Origin: an uncultured cyanobacterium
Lineage (GTDB): Bacteria; Cyanobacteriota; Cyanobacteriia; Cyanobacteriales; Nostocaceae
Direction: 5' to 3'
NCBI GenBank assembly: GCA_963740315.1
Contig: CAVUDP010000001.1
Coordinates: 576,001 to 640,000 of the forward strand
Length of the DNA: 64,000 nt
A program made the translations under genes and the position numbers. Under the pieces are notes generated by a model. It searched no databases. It was not told where the DNA came from and was given only the letters and a program-made list of their open reading frames with translations. Below are positions 10,598 through 20,821 of this stretch, in pieces (positions within the stretch are counted from its first letter, which is position 1; every line of letters begins with the position of its first letter).

Positions 10598-11086
10598 TTA
10601 ACTTAATGCATTGATTGCATAGTTGAGATAAATGTTGGCTTCTCCGGCTACATCTCCGCTCAAGCCATGATTGTCGCGGACAAATTCTAAGGCTGCTACA
10701 TACCAGCTAGGAGATAAACCTAGAGCGGCATTGAGTTCGCTTAATCCAGCAACAACATATTCATCTAAAGGACCTGTACCGCCAACTACACAGCAATAGC
10801 TGATAGTGCGTAAGTAATGGTCAATATCGCGCACGCATTTAGTTTTACCTTCGTTGGTAGAAGCATATTGCGGTCCCTGCATTTGAGTGGTGTAGGGAAA
10901 TTTTTGATATACGTGATTTGCTGCTGCTTCTGACCATTTTTGACCATTTTGGGAAAATGCTTTTGCTGCTTCTAAACCTGCTTTAGCGCGGTTGAAGCGT
11001 CCGAAAACAGCCTGCATTTCGGTGTTGCTTAAGTAAGAACCGCGCACGTCTGCGGTTGATATTGCTTCGGTCAAAGGTGTTTTCAT
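10598..11086 (-). CDS. pecA: Phycoerythrocyanin alpha subunit
   Basis: [19 protein letters not shown] and the PecA-specific YCCVVGG. Confidence 0.97.
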   Translation of the reverse strand: MKTPLTEAISTADVRGSYLSNTEMQAVFGRFNRAKAGLEAAKAFSQNGQKWSEAAANHVYQKFPYTTQMQGPQYASTNEGKTKCVRDIDHYLRTISYCCVVGGTGPLDEYVVAGLSELNAALGLSPSWYVAALEFVRDNHGLSGDVAGEANIYLNYAINALS

Positions 11087-11221
11087 TATTCTCGATTTTC
11101 CTTTATTTGCTTACAGTTTGTTAAATAATCCGGCGTGCCTTCTTGGTTACACGCTGCTGTCATTTGCAGTTACAAATGATAAAAAACTACTCTCACTTCA
11201 AGGGCGATTCAGAGTGTTGAA

Positions 11222-11740
11222 TTAAACTACAGCAGAAGCAGCACGGTCAAAGTAGCTTCCTACTTCAGACATTAATTGACTGCAATCACCTTTGGTAATC
11301 TTGTTGGAATCGTTCGCAATTTGCATCGCAGCATCTTTCATTTTTTGAATTCCAGAAGCTACAGCATCGCCGGGAGTACCTAAAGCCTGATAGGTTTCTC
11401 TCAAACCGTTTAAACAGCGATCGTCCATTGCGCTTGTATCTCCGGAAAGTACGGAATAGGTAACGTACCGTAGGATAAATCCCATGTCGCGGATGCAAGC
11501 GGCTTGATTGCGGTTGTGGAAGCAAGCACCACCAGCGTTAAACACTTGCGGACGTTCTGCAACTAAACCGCGATAAGCGTTGGCAACAATCGAAGAAGCG
11601 TTGCTGCTAAGTCTATTTACTACATCTAAACGCTTATTGCTATCAGCAACCATTGCTGATAATCCATTGATTTCGTCGTCGCCGAGGTATGCACCTTTTT
11701 TATCAGCTTGTTCAACAACTTTAGAAAAAGCATCAAGCAT
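11222..11740 (-). CDS. pecB: Phycoerythrocyanin beta subunit
   Basis: [16 protein letters not shown] is diagnostic of PecB. Confidence 0.97.
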   Translation of the reverse strand: MLDAFSKVVEQADKKGAYLGDDEINGLSAMVADSNKRLDVVNRLSSNASSIVANAYRGLVAERPQVFNAGGACFHNRNQAACIRDMGFILRYVTYSVLSGDTSAMDDRCLNGLRETYQALGTPGDAVASGIQKMKDAAMQIANDSNKITKGDCSQLMSEVGSYFDRAASAVV

Positions 11741-12056
11741 TTTTTATTCTCTCCTTAATTTTATTTAGCTTTAAATTGGTTTGAAGCAGTTCAATCTTTC
11801 AACATAAATTAAGCCAGTTTCTAGTAACTTTTGCACGAGAAATAATATATAGGCGATCGCGTTGCCTGGTGCAAATAAGTAGTCTTATTGACTTTATTTT
11901 TTGCTTGATTTGTAATTGCTTTTAAAACCTTGTCTGTATTGTATATATCGGTTGAGCTTTTTTATTGTTAAGTTTTTTTACGAAAAAAATATATCCATCT
12001 AATTGCTTCAAGCCTTCTATCTATAAGCTTTTCAACCGCTTATTTTCAATTATTGC

Positions 12057-12094
12057 TTTACATTCAGTTACTTTTCTTAATCCAGAGTTACATT
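12057..12094. promoter_or_regulatory. HLR1-like (RpaB-type) direct repeat upstream of pecB
   Basis: TTTACATT-ca-GTTACTTT (12057-12074) plus an in-phase GTTACATT at 12087, compared with consensus (G/T)TTACA(T/A)(T/A)-N2 repeat. Confidence 0.45.
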
Positions 12095-12412
12095 TTGTAT
12101 TTTCCGAGCTTCTACAAGTAAAAACAAATATTGCAAAGTTGTTTAATTACGTAAATATAGCTATAAACACCCGTATATATGAGGTTATTTGCTTAGCTAT
12201 ATGTATTTTAACGAACATATGCGTTAGGCAACTTCAGTGAAATTATATGGTTAACGCTTCTCTATGCAAATATCCCGCGAAATTGTTGCTATCACCGGAA
12301 TTATTGCTTCAAATTTAAATCAATACAATGTTTCAACATTAATTTATTTGTGTAAAGATGAATGACAAAATTTATAAATAGGATTTGTAATTTCTATTTT
12401 TAAGAAAACTGC

Positions 12413-13363
12413 TTAACGTCTTCTTAAAACTTGTAATAAAGTTGAAAATACTTGCGGAAGAGGTGCAACAACTTCAACTAATTCGTGTTTTACAGGATGC
12501 TGTAACTGAAGTTTCCAAGCGTGTAAAGCTTGTCCGGGTAAATTCACTCCTACCGAACGACCGGAACTATAAACAGAATCTCCGACAATTGGATGACCAA
12601 TTTCAGCACTGTGGACGCGAATTTGATGGGTACGTCCGGTTTCTAACTGAAAGTGCATTAATGTATAGTTTCCCAAACGTTCTTTAATTTGCCAATGAGT
12701 GACGGCTTCTCTTCCACCATTTTCTACAGCAACAACCGCCATTTTTTTACGTTCTTTAGGATGACGACCTATAGGTAAATTTATGGTACCGTTGGCTTGT
12801 TTAGTAGTGCCGTAGACTACACCAAGGTATTCTCGTCGTGCGGTTTTAGCTTTGAGTTGGGCTTGTAAACTGTGATGGGCTACTTCAGTTTTAGCAATCG
12901 CGATCGCACCCGTGGTATCTTTATCGAGTCTGTGAACGATTCCGGGACGTTGAACGCCACCAATTCCCGGTAAATTGGGACAATGGGCTAAGAGTGCATT
13001 AACTAAAGTACCATTGGGATGACCTGGTGCGGGATGAACGACTAAACCTGCTGGTTTATTCAAAATAAGTATTTGCTCGTCTTCGTACAAAATATCTAAA
13101 GGAATATCTTCCGGCTGCAAATCTAAAGGTTCGGGTTGCGGTATTTCTAAAACAATAAAATCCCCTTGTTTAATAGTTACTTTTTTCGATTTACAAACTT
13201 CGCCATTAAGCTGAACGTTTCCTTGTTCGATCAACTGTTGAATTCGCGATCGCGATAAATCTGGTATCTCTTGAGAAAGATAACTATCCAAACGCGAACT
13301 GTTTTTTTCTACTTCTAAAGATATTGATTGAGTTGATATCATGTTTGGCAATTGGTAAAGCAT
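12413..13363 (-). CDS. rluD: RluA-family 23S rRNA pseudouridine synthase with S4 domain (RluD-like)
   Basis: RLD...SRSRIQQLI S4 domain, NKPAGLVVHP, HRLDKDTTG and GRTHQIRVH. The true start may be ATG 13342. Confidence 0.88.
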   Translation of the reverse strand: MLYQLPNMISTQSISLEVEKNSSRLDSYLSQEIPDLSRSRIQQLIEQGNVQLNGEVCKSKKVTIKQGDFIVLEIPQPEPLDLQPEDIPLDILYEDEQILILNKPAGLVVHPAPGHPNGTLVNALLAHCPNLPGIGGVQRPGIVHRLDKDTTGAIAIAKTEVAHHSLQAQLKAKTARREYLGVVYGTTKQANGTINLPIGRHPKERKKMAVVAVENGGREAVTHWQIKERLGNYTLMHFQLETGRTHQIRVHSAEIGHPIVGDSVYSSGRSVGVNLPGQALHAWKLQLQHPVKHELVEVVAPLPQVFSTLLQVLRRR

Positions 13364-14021
13364 TCTTAATTATGAATAAAAAATCTATAACTATCTCAAG
13401 CTTTTTGGGCATCTCTACTATTTATTCCCCAGCTTGGTAACAACTAGCAACTTAAATTTCGATGAAAAAGTTAGTATTGATACATCCTCCGATAAATCAA
13501 TCGTAGTTGATTAGATAGCAGTATAATTCTCTTTTCAGTTAAAATTCGGCTAAATTAGCTGATTTTATTTTTTTCTAACTAATATGTTAGTAGCTGTATG
13601 GGTAAGGCGAAACCATCTATAATGTTGTTATCAAATTACAGGAGCTAGGACAAAAATATCATGTATTATATGTAACAGCTTAGCCTGAAAAGTAAATAGG
13701 AAAACACTGAGTTTACGTGGTTTCATTTTTTTATTAAAAAATTATTTTTTTGTATGTAAATTTTTTAACCTTAGTGATAACATTAAATAACTAACGATGA
13801 ATTCTAACTGCATTGCTTCAGAATTTAACGATAATTCTGTTTCTATTAAAGATTCCCTATGCGACTCGGCTAAAAGTACCTTAAAAGTGTTCTAATATTT
13901 AAGTTAGTGAGGCTATAAGGAAGGCGTAGTTTGTGCTAGCAACTATCTAAAGAATTAAGTTGATTGTTTCTTAGACATTTTTGGCTTTTTTTTATTTAGT
14001 GAAAGTACTTTAGATATTAAC

Positions 14022-14855
14022 TTGAAACCGAGTCCATTAGATATGCAAAGTAATCAATCATTTTCACAGCAATATTTATTGTTTGATTTTTACAACGAAT
14101 ATCAAACAGAAGATTATAGCGATACGGAAGAGGTAGACATTATTGAAGATTTGAACGATGACGATGATTGTTTTAATCAAAATTATGCCGAATTTAACAG
14201 TCAAAATCAAAGTTTAGATGATTCTATAAATGCATCCGAACCTTATGTTAATCCAAATTTTGACGATAATGGAGATAGCTTCCTAAGCACAACCATTAAT
14301 TACGCGGATTATGATGAAGAGGATAAATATTCAACGGTTGAAGATAACGAAATCCACTATCTCAATTTGATCAGGAAATCTGAAATAGCAGTGTCTCAAC
14401 GGAATGCCGTCTTAAATCAAAGTCAAAGTCAAAATCAAAATCAAAATTTAAGTCATCGTTACAGCGATTACGATCGAGAAGAGAACGTAAAAACCTACAC
14501 GATAGTTTGTATCGATGATAGTAAAGCGGTAGTAAAGGCGATCGAGATGTATTTGGATGATAAGATATTTTCTGTAATTGGCATTAACGATCCATTAAAA
14601 GCCTTGATGCAAGTTGTAAGATTAAAGCCAGATTTAATTTTATTAGACATAACGATGCCAACATTAGATGGATATGAATTATGTTCTTTATTGCGGAAAC
14701 ATTCTTCTTTAAAAAATACCCCAGTAGTTATGGTGACGGGGAAAAAAGGAATCATCGATAGAGTAAAAGCCAAAATGGTGAAAGCATCGGATTATCTGAC
14801 AAAACCTTTTAAACAAAAGGATTTACTAAAGATAGTTTTTAAATACATTGATTAA
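14022..14855 (+). CDS. Response regulator: acidic low-complexity N-terminus plus PatA-type receiver
   Basis: C-terminal IVCIDDS...LILLDITMP..DGYELC...LTKPF; N-terminus rich in D/E/N/Q. Likely start is ATG 14043. Confidence 0.85.
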   Translation: MKPSPLDMQSNQSFSQQYLLFDFYNEYQTEDYSDTEEVDIIEDLNDDDDCFNQNYAEFNSQNQSLDDSINASEPYVNPNFDDNGDSFLSTTINYADYDEEDKYSTVEDNEIHYLNLIRKSEIAVSQRNAVLNQSQSQNQNQNLSHRYSDYDREENVKTYTIVCIDDSKAVVKAIEMYLDDKIFSVIGINDPLKALMQVVRLKPDLILLDITMPTLDGYELCSLLRKHSSLKNTPVVMVTGKKGIIDRVKAKMVKASDYLTKPFKQKDLLKIVFKYID

Positions 14856-14947
14856 CGATCGCGATTCGGGGATGCATTTATGTTGAATCCCAAAGCAATC
14901 TTGAATACGTAAAAAGGAATTCAGTAATTTTACTCAGGTGCGATCGC

Positions 14948-15640
14948 TTGATTGTTAAGTGTATAACAGTACTGATAATGTTATACAAATTTATGAAAAG
15001 CATTTACTCGAATTTCTCTGTCAAAGCTGTAGCAAAAATTGTTAATTACAGACTTGCTTCTACCATTTCTCTGACGTTGTGCTTATCCTCACCATTAGCT
15101 AATATCGCCACAGCCGAGTCACAGATAGCGGATAATACCAATCAACAAGCAGCACAGAGCATCTCGAATGCAGTATCTACCTTAATTCAAGTATTGCGGA
15201 GTGAAAATATTGAAGCCAGAGTTAATGCTGCGCGTGCATTAGGTGGAATGGGTACGATCGCCAAAATAGCCGAACCTGCTTTGACAGTAGCGTTGTACGA
15301 TAAAGAGGCACGGGTACGTTACACTGCTGCAACCGCGATCGCAAATCTCGGTGGAGATACCTCCTCTGCTTTACCTCTATTGCACGAAGCCTTACAAAAT
15401 GAATCGAAGTGGATTCGTAGCGATGCTGCTTTTGCTTTGAGTAGCCTTGCGCTGAATATGCAAACAAAGGCGCGTCAGCTATCAGAAAAAGAATTGGATC
15501 GAGCTATTACCGATTTAGAGAAGACGGTGAAAGTTATGGAAGATTCGGAATTTGAAATTTCCTCGCAAGTGGTTAAATCGATTAATGATTCGGTGGATTC
15601 TTTGAAGAGAGAAAGAGAAAGGAAAGCGATGGGATTTTAA
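14948..15640 (+). CDS. HEAT-repeat (PBS lyase-like) protein, possibly exported
   Basis: RVNAARALG, VRYTAATAIA and IRSDAAFAL repeats after a signal-like hydrophobic stretch. Start uncertain (ATG 14978 or 14993). Confidence 0.75.
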   Translation: MIVKCITVLIMLYKFMKSIYSNFSVKAVAKIVNYRLASTISLTLCLSSPLANIATAESQIADNTNQQAAQSISNAVSTLIQVLRSENIEARVNAARALGGMGTIAKIAEPALTVALYDKEARVRYTAATAIANLGGDTSSALPLLHEALQNESKWIRSDAAFALSSLALNMQTKARQLSEKELDRAITDLEKTVKVMEDSEFEISSQVVKSINDSVDSLKRERERKAMGF

Positions 15641-15772
15641 CAACGGATGCTTTTGTTTTGGATTTTGGATTAATTAGCCCTCACCCTCGATGGGTGGGGA
15701 ACTACAATTACGAAGCCCACGAAGGTGGGCTAATTTGAGCATATTTTGTTTGGAAAAGGTATATTTGATAAA

Positions 15773-16125
15773 TTATTTTTTGCGCTGTAGAAAGCGAATA
15801 AAACGAATAATTGCCCAGACAAAGATACTAGCAATTATACCGGCGAACAAACTGGATTTGAATGCTGTTGTTTGATAAAAGGGAATGTTTTCCTCTGGAG
15901 GTTTTTGAGCAAGAATTACGGCAGATGCTAGCTGACTAGTTGCCAATCCTACCCCTAAAATAGCTACGGTATTGTTGAGGTTACGGTCTTTTTTTTGCTT
16001 GCTCTATCTCTACCATACCGCGAATGGTAGAGGTAACGTTTTCTAAGATTGCCAATCCAGGATTTAAACCCAAATAATCTTTTTCTAACTGTATCTGGTA
16101 TTTATTTTTGACTATATGACTGACT
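15773..16125 (-). pseudogene. 3' remnant of a gene with two C-terminal TM helices, frameshifted in an A8 run
   Basis: Manual translation: ..SHIVKNKYQIQLEKDYLGLNPGLAILENVTSTIRGMVEIEQAKK / +1 shift / DRNLNNTVAILGVGLATSQLASAVILAQ...SLFAGIIASIFVWAIIRFIRFLQRKK*. No start codon. Confidence 0.7.
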
Positions 16126-18121
16126 GTAAAGCTGTAGTTAGTGATTTTTGTGTAACTGTTTGAATTTCTAATTTGTTACAGCTTGGATACAGTGTATTAA
16201 GGATAATAGATTCAATGGTATTAAAAACTAAATCATCATTTGTGACATTCAGTATTTGAGAAACTGGCTGTTTGACAACTGGGGATTGTACAAGTAGTTT
16301 TAAACCGATTTGAAAACTAGGCAAATATGTAATATTGAAGCGCTGGGGAAATAGATAATCTAAAGGCAGTAAATGTAATTCTCGATGAGGAATCAAAATT
16401 ACTTGTTCAATGTCTCCAAGTTGTTCCGTAATCCGGTTGATTTCTAAAATGTTATATAACCTGCTAAGCAAGGCTGTCATTTTTTTTCGCCAAGGAGCCG
16501 CTTTTTTAGTTGTATCTGTATAATTCTGTTGGCGGTAATTTTGATAATCTTGCTTCCACTCGTTTATCCAACTTTGAAAGCTTTGTAATTGTTCTAAATA
16601 TGCTGTATATGGTTTTGATTCCTCTGGCTGCTGCGAATTGCTAAAAAAGTTATTGAATGAAAATATATTCTGCTTTTTATTTTTGCTAGGTTGAGGAGAT
16701 AAAACGATCGGCTGCTCATTGTGCTTAACAATAAAAGTAGTAATAGCATTGGGGCTGATGTGCCAGAAAATCGCCGCTGTTTCAGGATTAAACAGTTTTT
16801 GCATATCTTGGTAAGTGAAATTCGGCGGTTGATAATCCCACTTTTCTTGCAACCAACCAAGACAGGTGTTTTTGCGTTTTTCCGCTAATTCTAAAGCCGC
16901 GATTTCCTTATTTGCATCCTGAGATTGAAGTTTAATATCTACTCGTAACTGATTGAAAGCAGCATATCTCCGCTCTAAGGTAATTTTCTTTCCTTGAGTG
17001 TCGCATTCTGCCACCATTTGTTCTAATTTTTGAGCTGCTGCTTCGATGTATTTTCGAGATGCGCTTTTGTCACCTAAAGCAGAACACACTTGCAGCAATT
17101 CTTGCAATATTTCTAAGTGTCGCTGAGGGAATTTATCAAAAGTTAGAAATTTTAAAGCATTCTCGTAGCTATCTTTTGCTTTTAACCAGTAGCTGAAAGG
17201 TTCGGATTCTTTTGTAGCGTACTCGTACAAAGTTTTGCCTTTTCTGTGATGCAACTCGCCGTAGCCTTCTTTATAGTCAAGATTTTCGGGTTTCAGTGCC
17301 TTGATGCCATCATCCCAGGTTTTGATTGCGGCTTTGTAGTCTTGTAAGTTGAGGAGTGCGATACCCCGGTTAATCCAAGCTAGCCAAGATTGGTTTTCTG
17401 TTAAGCGTAAGGCTTCATCAAAAGATGCGATCGCGTCTTTATATAGTCGTATGTCGCACAGGATAATACCCCGGTTAATCCAAGCATCAGAATCATCAGG
17501 TTTGATTTCTATGGCTTTGTCATAAGAAGCGATCGCATCTTCATACTTTTCTAATTTATCCAGCACATAACCCCGGTAATTCCAAGCATGGTAATAATCA
17601 GATTTGATTTCTATAGCTTTGTCAAAAGACGCGATCGCATCTTCATACTTTTTCAAATTATTCAGCGCAATACCCCGGCTATACCAAGCATGGTAATCAT
17701 CAGGTTTGATTTCTATAGCTTTGTCAAAAGAGGCGATCGCATCTTCATATCTTCCCAACTTATCTAACGCAATCCCCCTACCCCGCCAATCTTCCGCACC
17801 TCCAGGTGTCAATGCAATAGCTTGCTGAAAATCAGCTTCTGCTGGCTGCGTTTCTTTCAATTCCTTATAAGCCATACCTCGTCGCGCTAATGCCAAAATA
17901 TAATTCGGCTTAACTTCCAAAGCTTGATTGAGATACTCCACCGCTTCCTGATATCTTTCCAAGCGATAGCAAGCCAAACCCAAACCATACAATACCTCGT
18001 GATTTTGCGGTGCTTCTGCGGCTGCTTGTTGAAAAGTTTCTAAAGCGGCTGCGTTATCTCCCTTATCAAGTTGTTCGTGTGCTTGCTCAATTAATACTTT
18101 TATACTAAGGTTTGGCGACAT
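16112..18121 (-). pseudogene. TPR-repeat protein with C-terminally truncated CHAT (caspase-like) domain
   Basis: 34-aa TPRs (102-bp DNA period) followed by the CHAT entry motif LIPHRELHLLPL. The ORF stops before the catalytic H/C motifs. Confidence 0.7.
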
Positions 18122-18269
18122 TTTCCCACATTGCTAACTGCTTGTTTGTAATTTTACTTAGATACAAGACTTTGCGTGAGTTTTACGAGTATTTTAGAAT
18201 ACAAATTTAGGAAAAATCTATTTTTACCGGGCTAAATGTATATTGCACCTCGACGAGAAACCGGGTTTA

Positions 18270-18440
18270 AGTAGGTTGGCGTAATTAAATGTAAGATGTC
18301 ATTGCGTTCACGCAGTGTTCCCAATACGGGAAGGAGGAACGACGAAGCAATCACCTTTATGTGCGGTTCATCGCAACGACTGGGATTGCTTCGTTCCTCG
18401 CAATGACGGAGCATATTATATTTATTTGTACCCACCTACT
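18270..18440. mobile_element. 171-bp MITE with imperfect TIRs and TA target duplication
   Basis: Left end AGTAGGTTGGCGTAATTAAATGTAAGATG; right-end reverse complement AGTAGGTGGGTACAAATAAATATAATATG; TA on both flanks (18268-9 and 18441-2). Confidence 0.7.
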
Positions 18441-18592
18441 TACTGCAAATCACTCAACGAAATAGCTATGCTTTCAGTTTGGAGAAACCCGGTTTCTTTG
18501 TGCAAGTTGCTCATGGTGCAAGATGTGTGTCTAAGTATATATTGTCGGGTTTTACTATGTTCTACGGAGACGCTTAACGTCAAATCCAACTA

Positions 18593-18640
18593 AAACCCAC
18601 GCAGGTGGGTTTCGTTTGTGTAGATGCGGTTTCAACCGCC
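18593..18640. repeat. REP-like short dispersed repeat
   Basis: AAACCCACGCAGGTGGGTTT hairpin plus GCGGTTTCAACCGC; related copies at about 15711-15733 and 46330-46345. Confidence 0.6.
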
Positions 18641-19377
18641 AGATGAATCAATAACTAATAACTTAACAATTTTCGTCGCAATGACTATTATTACGTTACC
18701 CGTACCTAAGTTCTAATAATATTAATTTCAGTTCAATAGCTAACAAATTTATTAATATATAAATATCCGGAAAAAAAATAATTAATCTTACCTAAAATAT
18801 TTTTTTCAAAGATACAAACAAACTGTAATCGCTTCTACAGACAGCATTTGCTAAATATAATAACTAAAACAAATAATTAATAATTTCTCAAAAAACATTT
18901 GCCATTCACAATATTTGGTTTTAATATTAGCTTTACTTGTCGATAAAAACTTTCATACATCTTTTACTTTTTCTGTTACATTAGAGAATAAGAAAGTAAG
19001 GTAAGTTAATTGCTTGTCATCTACCACCTAACTGACGTGTATACTGGTTATGCTGTCAGTATATGGTTATTTTAATTTATCAATATCCAGGGTGACGATA
19101 AATCGCAATACAATGCTAAGTTTAGGCTTGTTGACGCTGAGAAGAAAATTGCGTTTTTGTGAAGTCACCGCTAATCCCTACATAGTATTGCTGCAAGAAA
19201 AATCATTTTTGTTTGCTTGCGCTTATGTAAACTTCTACTTACATATGCCCCGATTAGCGAAAGATACAAACAATACGTTTGAATGTTCTTTTTGCGAACA
19301 ATTTTGAAAAAACATTACCTGTAAATTGGTATGCGGCTTATTTTCGGTATCTCTGTTGTAAATTAAAAGCCACTTCA

Positions 19378-20481
19378 ATGAAAATACTTCCTATTAATAG
19401 ATACAGATTTTTTCAGAGAATACAGCCTATTACGCTGCTTAAAAATATCACCAGTAAACCTGTGACTGGGTGTTTGCAGATTTTTAGTACATCGGATTCT
19501 TGGTCATTTTATTTCGAGGAAAGCAAGTTAGTTTATGCTTCTTGTACGGATAAAATGTTTAATTTGCTTTATACAAAATTGCAACAATATAGTAAGCAAA
19601 TTCCCGCACTTGCTCAAAAAAAAGTATATCAGCAGTTACGAGTAATTTTTCAAAAAGCTATTGATAATCAAGCGATACTTAATCCGGATTATTTAGCTAT
19701 TTGCTGGTTAGTTAATCAGAAGCTGATTACTGCTGCACAAGCTAAAATCCTGATCAAAGAGTTAACTTTTGAAGTTATAAGTTCATTTCTGGGTGTAAAA
19801 GAAGGAAGTTATGAGTTTACTACGGAAAGTTTTATGGGTGATATGCCTAAATTTTGCAAGCTAAATATAAATGTATTAATCGAAAGTTGTCAACAAAAGT
19901 TACAGGAACGAGAAAATAGTCGATCGCAAGTTATTATCAATCCACCTTCCCAAAATTTACATCAGACACCATCAAAAAATAAGATACCAACTCAGCAACC
20001 GTTACCAAAACCCGGTTTTAATCAAACAAATAATCTAGCAACTAATCAAGTAGCTAATACAGGCACAAATTATTCCCACAATCGCCAGCGTTTTTATAAA
20101 AAAAATGCTCCTAGAAAACTTTACACCATAGCTTGTATTGACGATAGCCCTTTGGTATTAAATGCTATTCAATCTTTTTTGGATGAGCAAATTTTCAACG
20201 TTATTAGTTTTAGCGAACCTTTAAAGGCTTTGATGCAAATTCTTTGTACAAATCCAGATTTAATTTTATTAGATGTGGAAATGCCCGATTTGGATGGTTA
20301 CGAATTATGCTCGCTGCTGCGTAAACATTCCTATTTCAGAGATATACCCGTAATTATGGTAACTGGAAGAAAAGGTTTTATTGATAGGGCTAAGGCAAAA
20401 ATGGTTAAAGCTAGTGGTTATTTAACTAAGCCTTTTAGCCAAGCAGAGTTGTTAAAGATGATTTTTCAACATTTGATGTAA
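19378..20481 (+). CDS. PatA-family response regulator (PATAN + REC), first gene of the chemosensory operon
   Basis: N-terminal TGCLQ..WSFYFEESKLVYA (PATAN-like) and C-terminal IACIDDS..LLDVEMP..LTKPF. ATG 19378 preferred as start. Confidence 0.9.
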   Translation: MKILPINRYRFFQRIQPITLLKNITSKPVTGCLQIFSTSDSWSFYFEESKLVYASCTDKMFNLLYTKLQQYSKQIPALAQKKVYQQLRVIFQKAIDNQAILNPDYLAICWLVNQKLITAAQAKILIKELTFEVISSFLGVKEGSYEFTTESFMGDMPKFCKLNINVLIESCQQKLQERENSRSQVIINPPSQNLHQTPSKNKIPTQQPLPKPGFNQTNNLATNQVANTGTNYSHNRQRFYKKNAPRKLYTIACIDDSPLVLNAIQSFLDEQIFNVISFSEPLKALMQILCTNPDLILLDVEMPDLDGYELCSLLRKHSYFRDIPVIMVTGRKGFIDRAKAKMVKASGYLTKPFSQAELLKMIFQHLM

Positions 20482-20527
20482 TCTTAATTCCCCATGCCCC
20501 ATGCCCAATTATTTAGGAGAATTAAAC

Positions 20528-20788
20528 TTGAGTATTTGTTCGCTAACGGTATTAATTGTTGAAGATTCTCTAAGTGAATTAGAGTTAATGAGTCATTATT
20601 TGAATAATGGCGATTACAAAATTATTAAATCTACCGATAGGAAAGCTTATGATATAGCATTGAAAGACAATATAGATGCGATCGCGACTGATGTAGTAAT
20701 GCCGAAAAATAATGGGTTTGAGTTGTGCGGGCTGCTGAAAAAAGCTTATTTAACAAAACCCTATACTCGCGAATCAGTTTTTGTATAA
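20528..20788 (+). pseudogene. CheY-like receiver with in-frame internal deletions
   Basis: TTG start after AGGAGA. VLIVEDS and TDVVMP..GFELC are present, but LKK joins directly to AYLTKPY, so beta4/alpha4 are missing; about 86 aa. Confidence 0.7.
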
Positions 20789-20821
20789 ATTGACAACATT
20801 GGAAATTACATTTTATTAAAT

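Noticed and set aside
7806..11740. pec operon directly upstream of the cpc operon
   Set aside because: This is the standard organisation in Anabaena and Mastigocladus, so it is not novel.
13596..13700. GGTAAGGCGAAACCATC resembling the start of a c-di-GMP-I riboswitch
   Set aside because: The GAAA-capped stem and the GACGCAAAGC core that should follow are absent.
18232..18593. ORFs of 67 and 92 aa upstream of the TPR gene
   Set aside because: They lie over nested MITE and hairpin repeats and show no protein motif.
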